A DNA stretch of 39,448 nucleotides from a virus (taxonomy: Duplodnaviria; Caudoviricetes): IMG/VR virus record IMGVR_UViG_3300032129_000025, positions 1 to 39,448 of that record. One strand, written 5' to 3'. This document shows positions 1 to 8,514 of this stretch, piece after piece. Below the pieces are notes generated by a model that saw nothing but the letters and a program-made list of their open reading frames with translations, was not told the origin of the DNA and made no database searches. The translations under genes were made by a program, and so were the position numbers. Every line of letters starts with the position of its first letter. Positions within the stretch are counted from its first letter, which is position 1.

Positions 1-127
1 ACCAAAAGACGAATGGCCCGGTAGCAGCCGGACCATTCAGAAACGAAAGAGAGAACATGTTTCACACACAAAATAGCATGCTTCGCCGGGTGGCCGCTGT
101 AGCGGTCGCTGGCGTGGCGGGTGTCGG
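1..127 (+). repeat. 127-bp terminal direct repeat (copy at 39322-39448); circular assembly overlap
   Basis: accaaaagacgaatgg...ggtgtcgg identical at both ends; 127 is a common assembler k-mer; the repeat cuts through a CDS start. Confidence 0.9.
11..38 (+). other. Intergenic stem-loop
   Basis: GAATGG-C-CCGG...CCGG-A-CCATTC inverted repeat upstream of the RBS of the gene at 57. Confidence 0.45.
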
Positions 128-809
128 CCTCGCGCTCGGCACCACACTCCTCCCCGCCCAGGCAACACCGAATGAGCAAGTTTGTGCGCCGTTGGATTCG
201 GGAAAAACGGATGTGACCGGTGATCACAAGACGGTGACGGTTGATGCCTCTGAGGGGTTTCTGATCTCTGGCTACTGCGTCAAAGCTGGTTCAATCAAGC
301 AGGGGCTTGGCCCTGAAGCTGTCACTCTCAATGACCCGGTTTCGTCGTTGATGATTGCGCACTCATCGGGCAAGGATATTTCGCACTACTCGCTCAGCTA
401 TGTTGCCGTACCCGTGGTGGAAGAGCCACCGGTTGAGCCACCTTATGTACAGCCGGTGCTCAATTGTGGCGAGGGTACAGTGCCTGGTTGGCTGAATGAG
501 CAGGGCGATCCGACCTCGTGTGTTGGGGACAATCCGTGCCCAGAGGTTGACTTTGGTGAGACGTGCCCGGTGGATGTTGTCGAACCAATTGACCCACCTG
601 TTGTGGATGTTCCCGAGGAACCAACAGAGACCGTCGAACCTGTCACACCTACTGTCCCGCTCGAACCTGTTGACATGGGCCAACTTCCCACTCTCCCGGT
701 GACTGAGCTCGCATATACGGGTTCGCCTTCACCTCTTATTCCGGCAGGTTTTGCGTCGCTGCTTCTGGCGGTTGGGGCATTCCTGGTGCGTAAGGCGGTG
801 TCCGCATGA
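57..809 (+). CDS. Secreted cell-wall-anchored protein with LAxTG sorting signal
   Basis: N-terminal signal peptide (RR, hydrophobic stretch, AQA), Cys-containing domain, Pro/Glu/Val-rich stalk, C-terminal LAYTG + hydrophobic helix + RK tail. Confidence 0.8.
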   Translation: MFHTQNSMLRRVAAVAVAGVAGVGLALGTTLLPAQATPNEQVCAPLDSGKTDVTGDHKTVTVDASEGFLISGYCVKAGSIKQGLGPEAVTLNDPVSSLMIAHSSGKDISHYSLSYVAVPVVEEPPVEPPYVQPVLNCGEGTVPGWLNEQGDPTSCVGDNPCPEVDFGETCPVDVVEPIDPPVVDVPEEPTETVEPVTPTVPLEPVDMGQLPTLPVTELAYTGSPSPLIPAGFASLLLAVGAFLVRKAVSA

Positions 810-949
810 GCCCCGAAATGTTTACCCAAACTGTTTCCGAGCTGGCCGGGTGGCTGGTAATCATCGCCGTAGTGACGGTGGCAGCACTGGTCTCACTGCG
901 TCGTGACAAGGTTCGCCGGGATCGTGCCGAACGGATGGTGCAGCGATGA
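806..949 (+). CDS. Small membrane protein (47 aa)
   Basis: ATGA overlap with upstream stop; MSPEMFTQ...WLVIIAVVTVAALVSLRR; translated by hand, not in ORF track. Confidence 0.65.
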   Translation: MSPEMFTQTVSELAGWLVIIAVVTVAALVSLRRDKVRRDRAERMVQR

Positions 950-1113
950 TCCGCAGATGGAAGTTGCGTGTAATCCGTAGCTGGTTGGCCGGCATGAACA
1001 CTGCCGCAAGCTACCGCATTGACAGTAGCGACTTTGATTTTGACGACACCGTGTACCGCACGAGGGAAGCGACTGCGGTTCTTCTCGAAATCTATTGGGG
1101 AGACGAACGATGA
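946..1113 (+). CDS. Hypothetical protein (55 aa)
   Basis: ATGA overlaps at both ends; MIRRWKLRVIRSWLAG...; translated by hand. Confidence 0.6.
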   Translation: MIRRWKLRVIRSWLAGMNTAASYRIDSSDFDFDDTVYRTREATAVLLEIYWGDER

Positions 1114-1460
1114 GTGCCGTTGAAGAGATCCAGGCAGCGATCGAGAAGCTGACCAAACTCAAGGCGGAGAGCACGCCGGGGCCGTGGTTCCTGACATACG
1201 AGAAATCGACTCACCCGAGATTGTGGGGTAACGCATCCGAGAACGATGCGGATCCGGTCGCGCTCGCTCAGAACAGGGGCAACGCAGAGCTGATCGTCCT
1301 GCTGCATCGCACCATTGACGCGCAACTGGCGATCCTGAACCACGATGTCGCCCTGTTCACGGAGTTTGAGGAGCACGGCAACGCCAGACAGTGGGAATTA
1401 GCGATTGAACGCGCGGGCGATCTCGCATTGGCGCGTGCGATCAACGGAGACACACAGTGA
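1110..1460 (+). CDS. Hypothetical protein (Ead/Ea22-like N-terminus)
   Basis: ATGA-coupled start; AESTPGPW and NAELIVLLH motifs typical of phage early proteins. Confidence 0.7.
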   Translation: MSAVEEIQAAIEKLTKLKAESTPGPWFLTYEKSTHPRLWGNASENDADPVALAQNRGNAELIVLLHRTIDAQLAILNHDVALFTEFEEHGNARQWELAIERAGDLALARAINGDTQ

Positions 1461-1621
1461 TGAAGCGTCGTATGTATACCTGTGAGCATGGCGAGTTCAT
1501 CCCGGCACCAAAGGGGTACTACCGCATGGCACCTGTCCTCATGGTCGGCACTGTCCTGCTGGGGTTGAACGTGACTGTCTCGGCTGGGTTCGCGCTCCTG
1601 ATCACGGGGGTGTCCTGGTGA
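1460..1621 (+). CDS. Small membrane protein (53 aa)
   Basis: TGATG coupling; hydrophobic C-terminal half; translated by hand. Confidence 0.6.
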   Translation: MKRRMYTCEHGEFIPAPKGYYRMAPVLMVGTVLLGLNVTVSAGFALLITGVSW

Positions 1622-1863
1622 CTGATCTGACGGACCAGATTCTGACGATGAGTCGCTCGACTCCGACTGAGGTCGACCTGACTGGGGTGGCAGCGCAGCG
1701 ACTCCTCGCAGTCGACAGTGTTGTTACGGGATGGCTTGAGTCTCTCGAGCAGGACCACGGAGATTCCGTATCGGCAGACCTTGTGAAACACATCCTCCAC
1801 GACATCCGTGCGCGCGCTCGCGGCCTCGAGCTCACTCCGAAACCTGAACGGGTGGTCATCTGA
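1618..1863 (+). CDS. Hypothetical protein
   Basis: GTGA overlap upstream and TGATG downstream. Confidence 0.65.
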   Translation: MTDLTDQILTMSRSTPTEVDLTGVAAQRLLAVDSVVTGWLESLEQDHGDSVSADLVKHILHDIRARARGLELTPKPERVVI

Positions 1864-1985
1864 TGCGCCCAACCATGTTCGTCCTCCTGCTAACCGTCGC
1901 GGCGCTCGCGGTCGCTTTCCTGATTTGGCGATTGTTGTTCGTTGTTGCCCCTGTTTTTGTTCCTTCTCAACTTCCGACTGTGTGA
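1863..1985 (+). CDS. Small membrane protein (40 aa)
   Basis: TGATG coupling; MRPTMFVLLLTVAALAVAFLIWRLLFVVAP; translated by hand. Confidence 0.6.
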   Translation: MRPTMFVLLLTVAALAVAFLIWRLLFVVAPVFVPSQLPTV

Positions 1986-1993
1986 GGCCCGTG

Positions 1994-3262
1994 ATGAGTA
2001 AGCAAGAGATCAAGAAGATTCGTGTTCAGTCGTATAAGGGTGTGCGCGAGATTGTGGTGGAGCCTGAGGGCCGTGCGCTTGTTGTGATCGCTGGTGGGAA
2101 TGGGGCGGGGAAGTCGTCGTTTATTGATGCGGTGTCGGAGTTGTTTGCTCCGGGCGGGATCCGTAAGACACCAGCTCCACGGTTGAAGGGTGAAGACGAG
2201 GCGCTCGTGGAGGTTACGACTGACACGGCGCGGATTGTGCGGCGCTGGAAGAAGGATGATGCCGGCCAGCTGGATGCGTATGCGTTGGATGGGTCGAAGC
2301 ATCCGTCGGGTACGAAGTTTGTTCTCGAGGCGACGGGTGGTGCTTTGTTTGATCCTGCCGCGTTTATGCGGATGGATGCGAAGGATCAGCGTGATGAGTT
2401 GCTGACCCGCATCGAGCTCCCTTTTGATCTGGCGAAGTTGGAGGCTGACCGTAAGGCGGCGTTCGATGGTCGCACTGAGGTGTCGCGTGAGGTGAAGCGT
2501 CTGCGTGCGGTGAAGCAGTCCCTGCCGGCGGTCGATGAGGCGTTGGTGGAGAAGCCGTCTGCAGACATTGTTGAGCAGCTCGAGCAGGCACACCATGTCG
2601 AGCGTGAACGCCACACTCTCGATGATGACGCGTGGCGGGCAACTGAGCAGCTGAAGGACATCAACGAGAAAATCACCAAGCTTGAGGAACACCTCACGCA
2701 ACTCCGCATCGAACGCGCTGCAGCGCACACCAACGTCGAAGACACCCAGAAGAAACTCGCCGCAGCACCATCACCCATCGACACCGACGAACTCAAGCAA
2801 CAACTCCGCGACGTCGAGAACGCGAACCGTGCAGCCCACGACAACACCAACGTCCGCGCGAAACACACCGACGTCGAGCGTGAGCTCACCGAAAAAGAAA
2901 CCACCGAAACCACCCTCACCAAGAAGATCAACGACTACGACACCAAGAAAGTCACGGCGCTCGCGGGTGCGAAGTTGCCGGATCCCTTGTTGTCGATCGA
3001 GGGTGACGAGTTGACGTATGACGGTGTTCCTTTCCGTCAGGTGAACAAGGGTAAGCAGACGTTGATCGCGGCGTATGTCGTGATGATGGCCAATCCGGAT
3101 CTGCGGTTGATGGTGGTTGAGGATGGCGAGGCGTTGGATAACGATTCGTTGGCTGAGTTGGAGAAGCTTGCGCAGGAGCATGGCTATCTGGTGTTGGCTG
3201 CGCGTGATCGTGATCGTCCGGTATCGGCTCACGTTCTTGTTGATGGCGTGGTGCAGTCATGA
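1994..3262 (+). CDS. SMC/Rad50-like ATPase with coiled coil
   Basis: IKKIRVQSYKG, Walker A GGNGAGKSS, long coiled coil, Walker B/D-loop LMVVEDGEALD; start trimmed from 1808. Confidence 0.85.
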   Translation: MSKQEIKKIRVQSYKGVREIVVEPEGRALVVIAGGNGAGKSSFIDAVSELFAPGGIRKTPAPRLKGEDEALVEVTTDTARIVRRWKKDDAGQLDAYALDGSKHPSGTKFVLEATGGALFDPAAFMRMDAKDQRDELLTRIELPFDLAKLEADRKAAFDGRTEVSREVKRLRAVKQSLPAVDEALVEKPSADIVEQLEQAHHVERERHTLDDDAWRATEQLKDINEKITKLEEHLTQLRIERAAAHTNVEDTQKKLAAAPSPIDTDELKQQLRDVENANRAAHDNTNVRAKHTDVERELTEKETTETTLTKKINDYDTKKVTALAGAKLPDPLLSIEGDELTYDGVPFRQVNKGKQTLIAAYVVMMANPDLRLMVVEDGEALDNDSLAELEKLAQEHGYLVLAARDRDRPVSAHVLVDGVVQS

Positions 3263-4086
3263 AGTCACCCATTCAGTACTTCGGCGCCAAGACAAACATC
3301 GCTGATCAACTCGTAGGGCTGATGCCTGAGCACCGCGGATACATTGAGCCCTTCGCAGGTTCGCTCTCCGTGCTCCTAGCAAAGCCGGCATCCAAAATTG
3401 AAATCGTCAACGACCTCGACCGTCAACTACTCACCTTTTGGCGTGTACTCCGCGACAACGGTGAAGAACTTCTCCGCCGTGCAGACCTCACACCGCACTC
3501 TCGTGAAGCACTCCGTGAGGCAGCCGAACTAGACGGCGACGACGACATATCCGTCGCCCTCCAAGTCTGGGTTCTACTTACTCAAGGTCGCTCACGAACG
3601 ATGAAGCGTACAGGGTGGAGGTTCTACGCTGATCCGAACGGCACAAGCGCTTCCTTCCAGACGTACATGGATGCCTACAGGAGCCGGCTCGGCCCAACAA
3701 TGGACCGCATCCGATCAGTATCCCTCGAGTGCAGGCCAGCACTCGATGTCATCGCGCAGTACGGAGCGTTCCAAGACAACCTCCTCTACGTCGATCCTCC
3801 ATACCTCGCATCTACAAGACGACCAGGACGCTACACCCACGAAATGGGAGGCGAGAACGAACACACCGCGCTCGCCGAAGCACTGGATATCTGCAATGCG
3901 AAGGTGATGCTTTCTGGTTACCCTTCGGCGCTTTACGACGAGCTCTATGCCGATTGGAACCGAGTTGACATTGGAGCTCGCTCAGACAATGCGATCACCA
4001 GGAGCGTGGCTGAGTCGGTCTGGATGAATTACGAACCGAGTGGCCGCCTCGACTTCTCGCAACTTGAGAGCGTGGTCGCGTCGTGA
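3259..4086 (+). CDS. dam: DNA adenine methyltransferase (Dam/D12 class)
   Basis: YFGAK, YIEPFAGS, VND and DPPY motifs. Confidence 0.9.
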   Translation: MKSPIQYFGAKTNIADQLVGLMPEHRGYIEPFAGSLSVLLAKPASKIEIVNDLDRQLLTFWRVLRDNGEELLRRADLTPHSREALREAAELDGDDDISVALQVWVLLTQGRSRTMKRTGWRFYADPNGTSASFQTYMDAYRSRLGPTMDRIRSVSLECRPALDVIAQYGAFQDNLLYVDPPYLASTRRPGRYTHEMGGENEHTALAEALDICNAKVMLSGYPSALYDELYADWNRVDIGARSDNAITRSVAESVWMNYEPSGRLDFSQLESVVAS

Positions 4087-4199
4087 TGGCCCGTGCCGAA
4101 CTGACTGATGCTGTGGAATCTCTGCAGCGTGTGGGCGGCATCTACGATCTGATCGCTGCGTGTGTTGAGCGTGACGGTGCTGAGCGGGTGAGCAGCTGA
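4086..4199 (+). CDS. Hypothetical protein (37 aa)
   Basis: TGATG coupling at both ends fills the gap exactly; translated by hand. Confidence 0.55.
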   Translation: MARAELTDAVESLQRVGGIYDLIAACVERDGAERVSS

Positions 4200-5260
4200 T
4201 GGCGGCTCCACTGTGTTCGGAAGCGGAATGCTCGCGGCAGGTCATCGCTCGCGGGCTATGCCGTAAGCATTATCTCGCCGCGTGGCGTGCTGGTGGGCAG
4301 TTGCCGGCGTCTAGTTGTAGGGCGAAGCAGAAGCTACTTTGCCCGCCAGAGCATCCGCACGATGCGGATACATGCTGGGTTGAGCACGGTTGCCGGTGTG
4401 CACGTTGTGCCCACGCTCGCCATATGGAGCGGCAGCGTCGACGCTACCGCTTGCGTGCTTATGGTCGCGAGAATCAGATTGTTGGAGAGCGTGCTGATGC
4501 GGGCCCGGTACGTGAGCGGTTGCTTGAGCTACGCGATTCTGGCTTCGGGCTTGAACGTGTCGCCGATGCGGCCAACGTCCCTCGCGGTTCTGTCATGGAC
4601 ATCATGTACGGACGACGTGGTGCTGCACGAGAACATGAGAAGACGAAGCGGGCTGCTCGCACGACTAAAGCCGAATTCGCTGAACGGATTTTGGCGCTAG
4701 ATCCGGACGACATTGACCCGGCGATGCTGACGAACCTGGGCACGACGCGGCGCATCCAGGCACTCATAGCAATGGGCCACACCCAAACTGAGCTAGCTCG
4801 CCGCTTCAACATGAGCCCTCAAAACTTCCACAAACTTGTTTTTGGGAAGCGCCCTCGAGTGTCGGCGAATACTGCCGCGCTCGCGGTGGCCACGTTTGCT
4901 GAGTTGTGGGCTGTGCGCCCGGTGGGTGCGCGGGCTGATAACGCTCGAGCGTTGGCGGTGAAGTATCGGTGGTTGTCACCGTTGGCGTGGGACGACATCG
5001 ATGCCGACCGGGAGCCTCGCTTCGTCGACAACACGGATCAGATCGATGAGGTGGCGGTTGAGCTCGCGGTCAGTGGTGAGCGGATTCGGTTGTCGCATGC
5101 TGAGCGGCAAGAGGCGATCCGGCGTCTTCACGCATTGCACTGGTCCGATTCTCGGATTGCGGGGCAGCTGCATCTCGCTGCGCGGACGGTGTGGCGTAAC
5201 CGTCAGGACCTTGAACTTGCCGCTGTTGTGGGCGCGGATAAAGAACTGATCGTGGCGTAG
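4199..5260 (+). CDS. Multi-HTH DNA-binding protein with Cys/His-rich N-terminus
   Basis: CSEAEC...GLCRKHY, GCRCARC, HTH-like segments (GLERVADAANVP; GHTQTELARRF; WSDSRIAGQLHLAARTVWR). Confidence 0.75.
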   Translation: MAAPLCSEAECSRQVIARGLCRKHYLAAWRAGGQLPASSCRAKQKLLCPPEHPHDADTCWVEHGCRCARCAHARHMERQRRRYRLRAYGRENQIVGERADAGPVRERLLELRDSGFGLERVADAANVPRGSVMDIMYGRRGAAREHEKTKRAARTTKAEFAERILALDPDDIDPAMLTNLGTTRRIQALIAMGHTQTELARRFNMSPQNFHKLVFGKRPRVSANTAALAVATFAELWAVRPVGARADNARALAVKYRWLSPLAWDDIDADREPRFVDNTDQIDEVAVELAVSGERIRLSHAERQEAIRRLHALHWSDSRIAGQLHLAARTVWRNRQDLELAAVVGADKELIVA

Positions 5261-5284
5261 GCCACCAAATACGAGGAGTAACTA

Positions 5285-6661
5285 ATGACTGCAGGTACGA
5301 GTATTGAGATGGTTGACCCGTCGACGTTGTTGGTGAGCGCGAACGTTCGTAAGGATGTTGTGTTGCTGCCGGCGTTTCTTGAGTCGATCAAGGAGCACGG
5401 GGTTCTGGTTCCCATTGTTGTCGATCGCACTGGGGCGGGGCTTGAGGTTGTTGATGGTCAGCGTCGCACTCTTGCTGCGGTCCAGGTCGAGCTTGCGGAT
5501 GTGCCGGTGTGGGTGACGTCGCCGCTGGAGAATGATCAGGAGCGCATCATTGAGCAGCTCGTGGTGAATATGCACCGGGAGGATGTGTCGGAGAAGGACA
5601 CGCGGGATGCGATTTCGGATTTGGCTTTGTTCGATATGAAGGTGCCGGCGATCGCGAAGAAGCTGGGTATCGATGCCGCTTTCATCGTGCAGTCAGTTGT
5701 TGTGGGCAAGTCGCCGGCCGCGAAGGAGCTGCTGGCTTCGGAGACGGTCCGGTTCGATATGGCTCTGACTGTTGCTGAGTTCGAGGACGAGCCTGAGCAG
5801 CAGAAGTCGCTGCTTGAGTTGATCGCGAATGGGCGCCAGTGGGATGTGCGCGCTCGCGCACAGGAATTCCGTGATGCTGCTGAGGCTGCCCCACTGATCA
5901 CGGCTCTGGAAGAGAACGGATTGACCATCGTCCAGCAGCCGGACTACAACCAGTCGGATCCTCAGAGCGTGTCTCGTCTATACACGGACGAGAAGATGAC
6001 GCAGCAGGTGGACGGGCTCCTGCACGAGGAGATCGTGGCACTGGCGGGTGATGGTCTGTGTGCGTTCGTGTTCTTCGCGTGGGAGGGCCAGAACCGTGTG
6101 CCAAGGATCGGATATGCGATCAAGGGTTGGCAATCCCTGGGGTTGTTTTCTCGCTCTTCGGGCGGCACGTCGAAGGCGACGACACCAGAAGAGGTCGAGG
6201 CGGAGAAGGATGCCCGTCGTGCTGCCCGCGAGACAACGAAGTCGTGGGTTGCAGCATCAGCGCTGCGCATCGAGTTCCTGCAGGATCTCGTGAAGCGTAA
6301 GGCTCTGCCGAAGGGCTGGGAGCCGTTCGTGATTGCGCGTCTGCTGGATAGCAACATTGGTGGTTCGGGTCCGTGGCGGATGACGTTGGCGATTCTTGGA
6401 TTGAAGGAGCCGGCCGATGCGTATTCTCAGCGCGGCACCGTCGAGAAGCACTTGCAGAATGCGCCAACGCGTGCCCTGCACATTGGCCTAGCTGCGTACC
6501 TCGGCAACGTTGAAGGCGGCTATGAGTTTGACCGCAAGGGTTGGGATCAGGCTGCGACGAAACCGTACCTGTTGCAGCTCGAGAAGTGGGGCTACGTCCT
6601 GTCTGATGTCGAGCGTGCGGCTGCTAGTTACACCGGCGAAGCGTCGGAGGTTGCAGCGTGA
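5285..6661 (+). CDS. ParB N-terminal-domain protein
   Basis: SIKEHGVLVPIVV...VVDGQRR (ParB GxRR) and VVNMHRED motif; GAGGAG RBS; no parA partner. Confidence 0.85.
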   Translation: MTAGTSIEMVDPSTLLVSANVRKDVVLLPAFLESIKEHGVLVPIVVDRTGAGLEVVDGQRRTLAAVQVELADVPVWVTSPLENDQERIIEQLVVNMHREDVSEKDTRDAISDLALFDMKVPAIAKKLGIDAAFIVQSVVVGKSPAAKELLASETVRFDMALTVAEFEDEPEQQKSLLELIANGRQWDVRARAQEFRDAAEAAPLITALEENGLTIVQQPDYNQSDPQSVSRLYTDEKMTQQVDGLLHEEIVALAGDGLCAFVFFAWEGQNRVPRIGYAIKGWQSLGLFSRSSGGTSKATTPEEVEAEKDARRAARETTKSWVAASALRIEFLQDLVKRKALPKGWEPFVIARLLDSNIGGSGPWRMTLAILGLKEPADAYSQRGTVEKHLQNAPTRALHIGLAAYLGNVEGGYEFDRKGWDQAATKPYLLQLEKWGYVLSDVERAAASYTGEASEVAA

Positions 6662-7074
6662 GTGTCAAAGCCATAGATCGTGCTGCGGTCTATAACCGAG
6701 ATGGGCACATGTGTGTACTCGCGCAGGTAGATCACCGCTTCGACAAGTGCTGGGGTCCTTTGACCATTCAGCACACTGTTGGTCGCGGCGCCGGCGGCAG
6801 CAAACTCTTCGACACCCCTGACCTGTTGGTCGCCATGTGCAACGGCCACAACACCCTTGCGACATCGAATGCAGACTTTGCCCGCTTCTGCACTGGAAGA
6901 GGGTTGGTGCGCTCGCGGAATGCGAAGCGGGATCCTCGCCTGGTGCCGGTGCAGTACGCGGATGGTTGGTTTCGTCTTGAGGGTGACCAGCGTGTGCCGT
7001 TGCACCGGTTGGACGCAGAGGAGTTCATGTTTCTGATTGGGGCTTTGTCGAATGAGTTGGAGGAGCGGTCGTGA
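6658..7074 (+). CDS. HNH endonuclease-like protein
   Basis: VYNRDGHMC...LTIQH...LVAMCNGHN. Confidence 0.7.
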   Translation: MSVKAIDRAAVYNRDGHMCVLAQVDHRFDKCWGPLTIQHTVGRGAGGSKLFDTPDLLVAMCNGHNTLATSNADFARFCTGRGLVRSRNAKRDPRLVPVQYADGWFRLEGDQRVPLHRLDAEEFMFLIGALSNELEERS

Positions 7075-8045
7075 GTTTGCCGGGGACGACGATGATCTAC
7101 GCCGTGTATTGGCCTGAGCGCAATGTGCTGAAGGTCGGTCGTGCGTGGAAGATGTCTCGCTTGCGTGGCCTGATGGAGACGGGCGGGCGTGTGTTGTTGC
7201 TGATGCGAGATTGTCCGCTCTGGGAAGAACAGGCCGCGCTCTCCGAGTTGCGCTTGACGTTCGTGCGCGCATTTGCCACGGAGCAGGAAGGGTCCTCGAT
7301 TCTTCCGCGGGGTCGCGGTTTCACGGAATGTTTCCGGGTTGCGGTGGCGGACCTAGAACACGCCGTTAAGACAATCTTTAGAGGAATAGCACGTCATGAT
7401 TACCAACTCAATGCGGCCTCTGCCGCCGGACATTCTGATCGAGCGGCGTCTGAGCACGTTGCCTGTGGAAGTGCGTTGGACCGCGATCGGGTTGCGGATG
7501 TACGCAGACGATCACGGTCGGGAGGTTCTCGACCCACATCTGTTGCGGTCAGCGATTTGGCCAGGCGATCCACACATCACGACGTCAATGGTGGAGGATC
7601 ACGTCTTGGAGCTGGACGCGGTGGGGTATGTCGTAATTTACGACGCGGCGGGGGAGACGCTGTTCGCTCTCGCACGTTGGGGGAAGGTTTCTCACGCGGA
7701 TCCGTCGTACTATCCGCCGCCTCCTCCGGAAGCGTTCCAGAATATTTCCAGATTTGCTCTGGACAGATTTCCGGCTGTGGAGAGAGAGGGGGAGAGTGCG
7801 AGCGGGAGTGCGGGCGAGGGCGAGGGTGTGGGTGTGGGGCCTTCCGGTATCGATCCAGATCTATTCCCGTCCCCATTCTGTTCAGAGCATCCTCTGGGAA
7901 CTACGGAAGATTGCAGAAACTGTGGCACCGCCCGCCTTCGTCTAAAGCTCGTAGAGAGGCAGCGTCGCGTTCGAGCGAAAGCGGATCTAGCCGAGGACGC
8001 AGCCAACCACGATCGTTAGCTATCTTCAGCGCGGGGGTGCTCTGA
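7071..8045 (+). CDS. GIY-YIG/T5orf172-like protein with long C-terminal extension overlapping the replication initiator
   Basis: IYAVY...LKVGR...R...E...GFTECF pattern in the first ~90 aa; GAGGAG RBS and GTGA coupling; the C-terminal ~215 aa are low-complexity and uncertain. Confidence 0.55.
   Translation: MSLPGTTMIYAVYWPERNVLKVGRAWKMSRLRGLMETGGRVLLLMRDCPLWEEQAALSELRLTFVRAFATEQEGSSILPRGRGFTECFRVAVADLEHAVKTIFRGIARHDYQLNAASAAGHSDRAASEHVACGSALDRDRVADVRRRSRSGGSRPTSVAVSDLARRSTHHDVNGGGSRLGAGRGGVCRNLRRGGGDAVRSRTLGEGFSRGSVVLSAASSGSVPEYFQICSGQISGCGERGGECERECGRGRGCGCGAFRYRSRSIPVPILFRASSGNYGRLQKLWHRPPSSKARREAASRSSESGSSRGRSQPRSLAIFSAGVL
7396..8019 (+). CDS. Phage replication initiator (replisome-organizer-like wHTH protein)
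   Basis: AGAGGA RBS; IGLRMYADDHGR...IWP...VLELDAVGYVVIY pattern; internal iterons; C-terminal C-x2-H...C-x2-C. Confidence 0.7.
   Translation: MITNSMRPLPPDILIERRLSTLPVEVRWTAIGLRMYADDHGREVLDPHLLRSAIWPGDPHITTSMVEDHVLELDAVGYVVIYDAAGETLFALARWGKVSHADPSYYPPPPPEAFQNISRFALDRFPAVEREGESASGSAGEGEGVGVGPSGIDPDLFPSPFCSEHPLGTTEDCRNCGTARLRLKLVERQRRVRAKADLAEDAANHDR
7724..7775. promoter_or_regulatory. Candidate replication origin iterons
   Basis: CTCCGGA/TTCCAGA/TTCCAGA/CTCTGGA/TTCCGGC at 7724, 7735, 7746, 7757, 7769 (11-12 bp phasing) inside the initiator gene. Confidence 0.55.
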
Positions 8046-8245
8046 TGGGTGCCAAGTGGAGGATCAAGTCCTCACCAGTCACCATCGACGGCCAACGGCA
8101 GTGGGTATGGCGAGCAATCAGCCCGTCAATCAACATCATCTCGCAGCTGTTCATCGGTGAGTTCCTGTTCCGCGATCAGCCGGCAGCGCTCGCTTACGTC
8201 CTCGAGCAGATCGAAGCCGGCGCGCTCGCGGAGGCCACAGCATGA
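8045..8245 (+). CDS. Hypothetical protein
   Basis: TGATG and ATGA coupling. Confidence 0.65.
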   Translation: MGAKWRIKSSPVTIDGQRQWVWRAISPSINIISQLFIGEFLFRDQPAALAYVLEQIEAGALAEATA

Positions 8246-8514
8246 CGCTCTCACACTTCACGAAACCTCCCCGCAGCTCGCGGGCTAGGGCTCAACGGTT
8301 GACCTCAATTCTTGAAACTCATGCTGCGTGGGAGCGTCGCACATTGGCTGACCTTCGTGTCGCCGGCTTCAACTTCACCACCGTCGACCAAGCATTCCGC
8401 TATTTGGCGCCGCAGCGCACATTAGCGCGAATGTCTGCCGATGATTTGGTGCAGTTCGTTGCAGATCAAGAACCGATTAGAGAGAAAGAAGGCGCTCGCA
8501 GTGGACGTTCATGA
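8242..8514 (+). CDS. Hypothetical protein
   Basis: GGAGG RBS, ATGA coupling. Confidence 0.65.
   Translation: MTLSHFTKPPRSSRARAQRLTSILETHAAWERRTLADLRVAGFNFTTVDQAFRYLAPQRTLARMSADDLVQFVADQEPIREKEGARSGRS

Noticed and set aside
1808-1993. N-terminal extension of the ATPase as given in the ORF track
   Set aside because: It overlaps two better-coupled small genes; the ATPase fold starts at MSKQEIKKIRV (1994).
5285-6661. parABS plasmid-prophage partition system
   Set aside because: No ParA ATPase or parS array found; the phage has an integrase and attP.
3259-7074. Restriction-modification pair (Dam plus HNH)
   Set aside because: The genes are not adjacent; orphan methylases and HNH proteins are routine in phage early regions.
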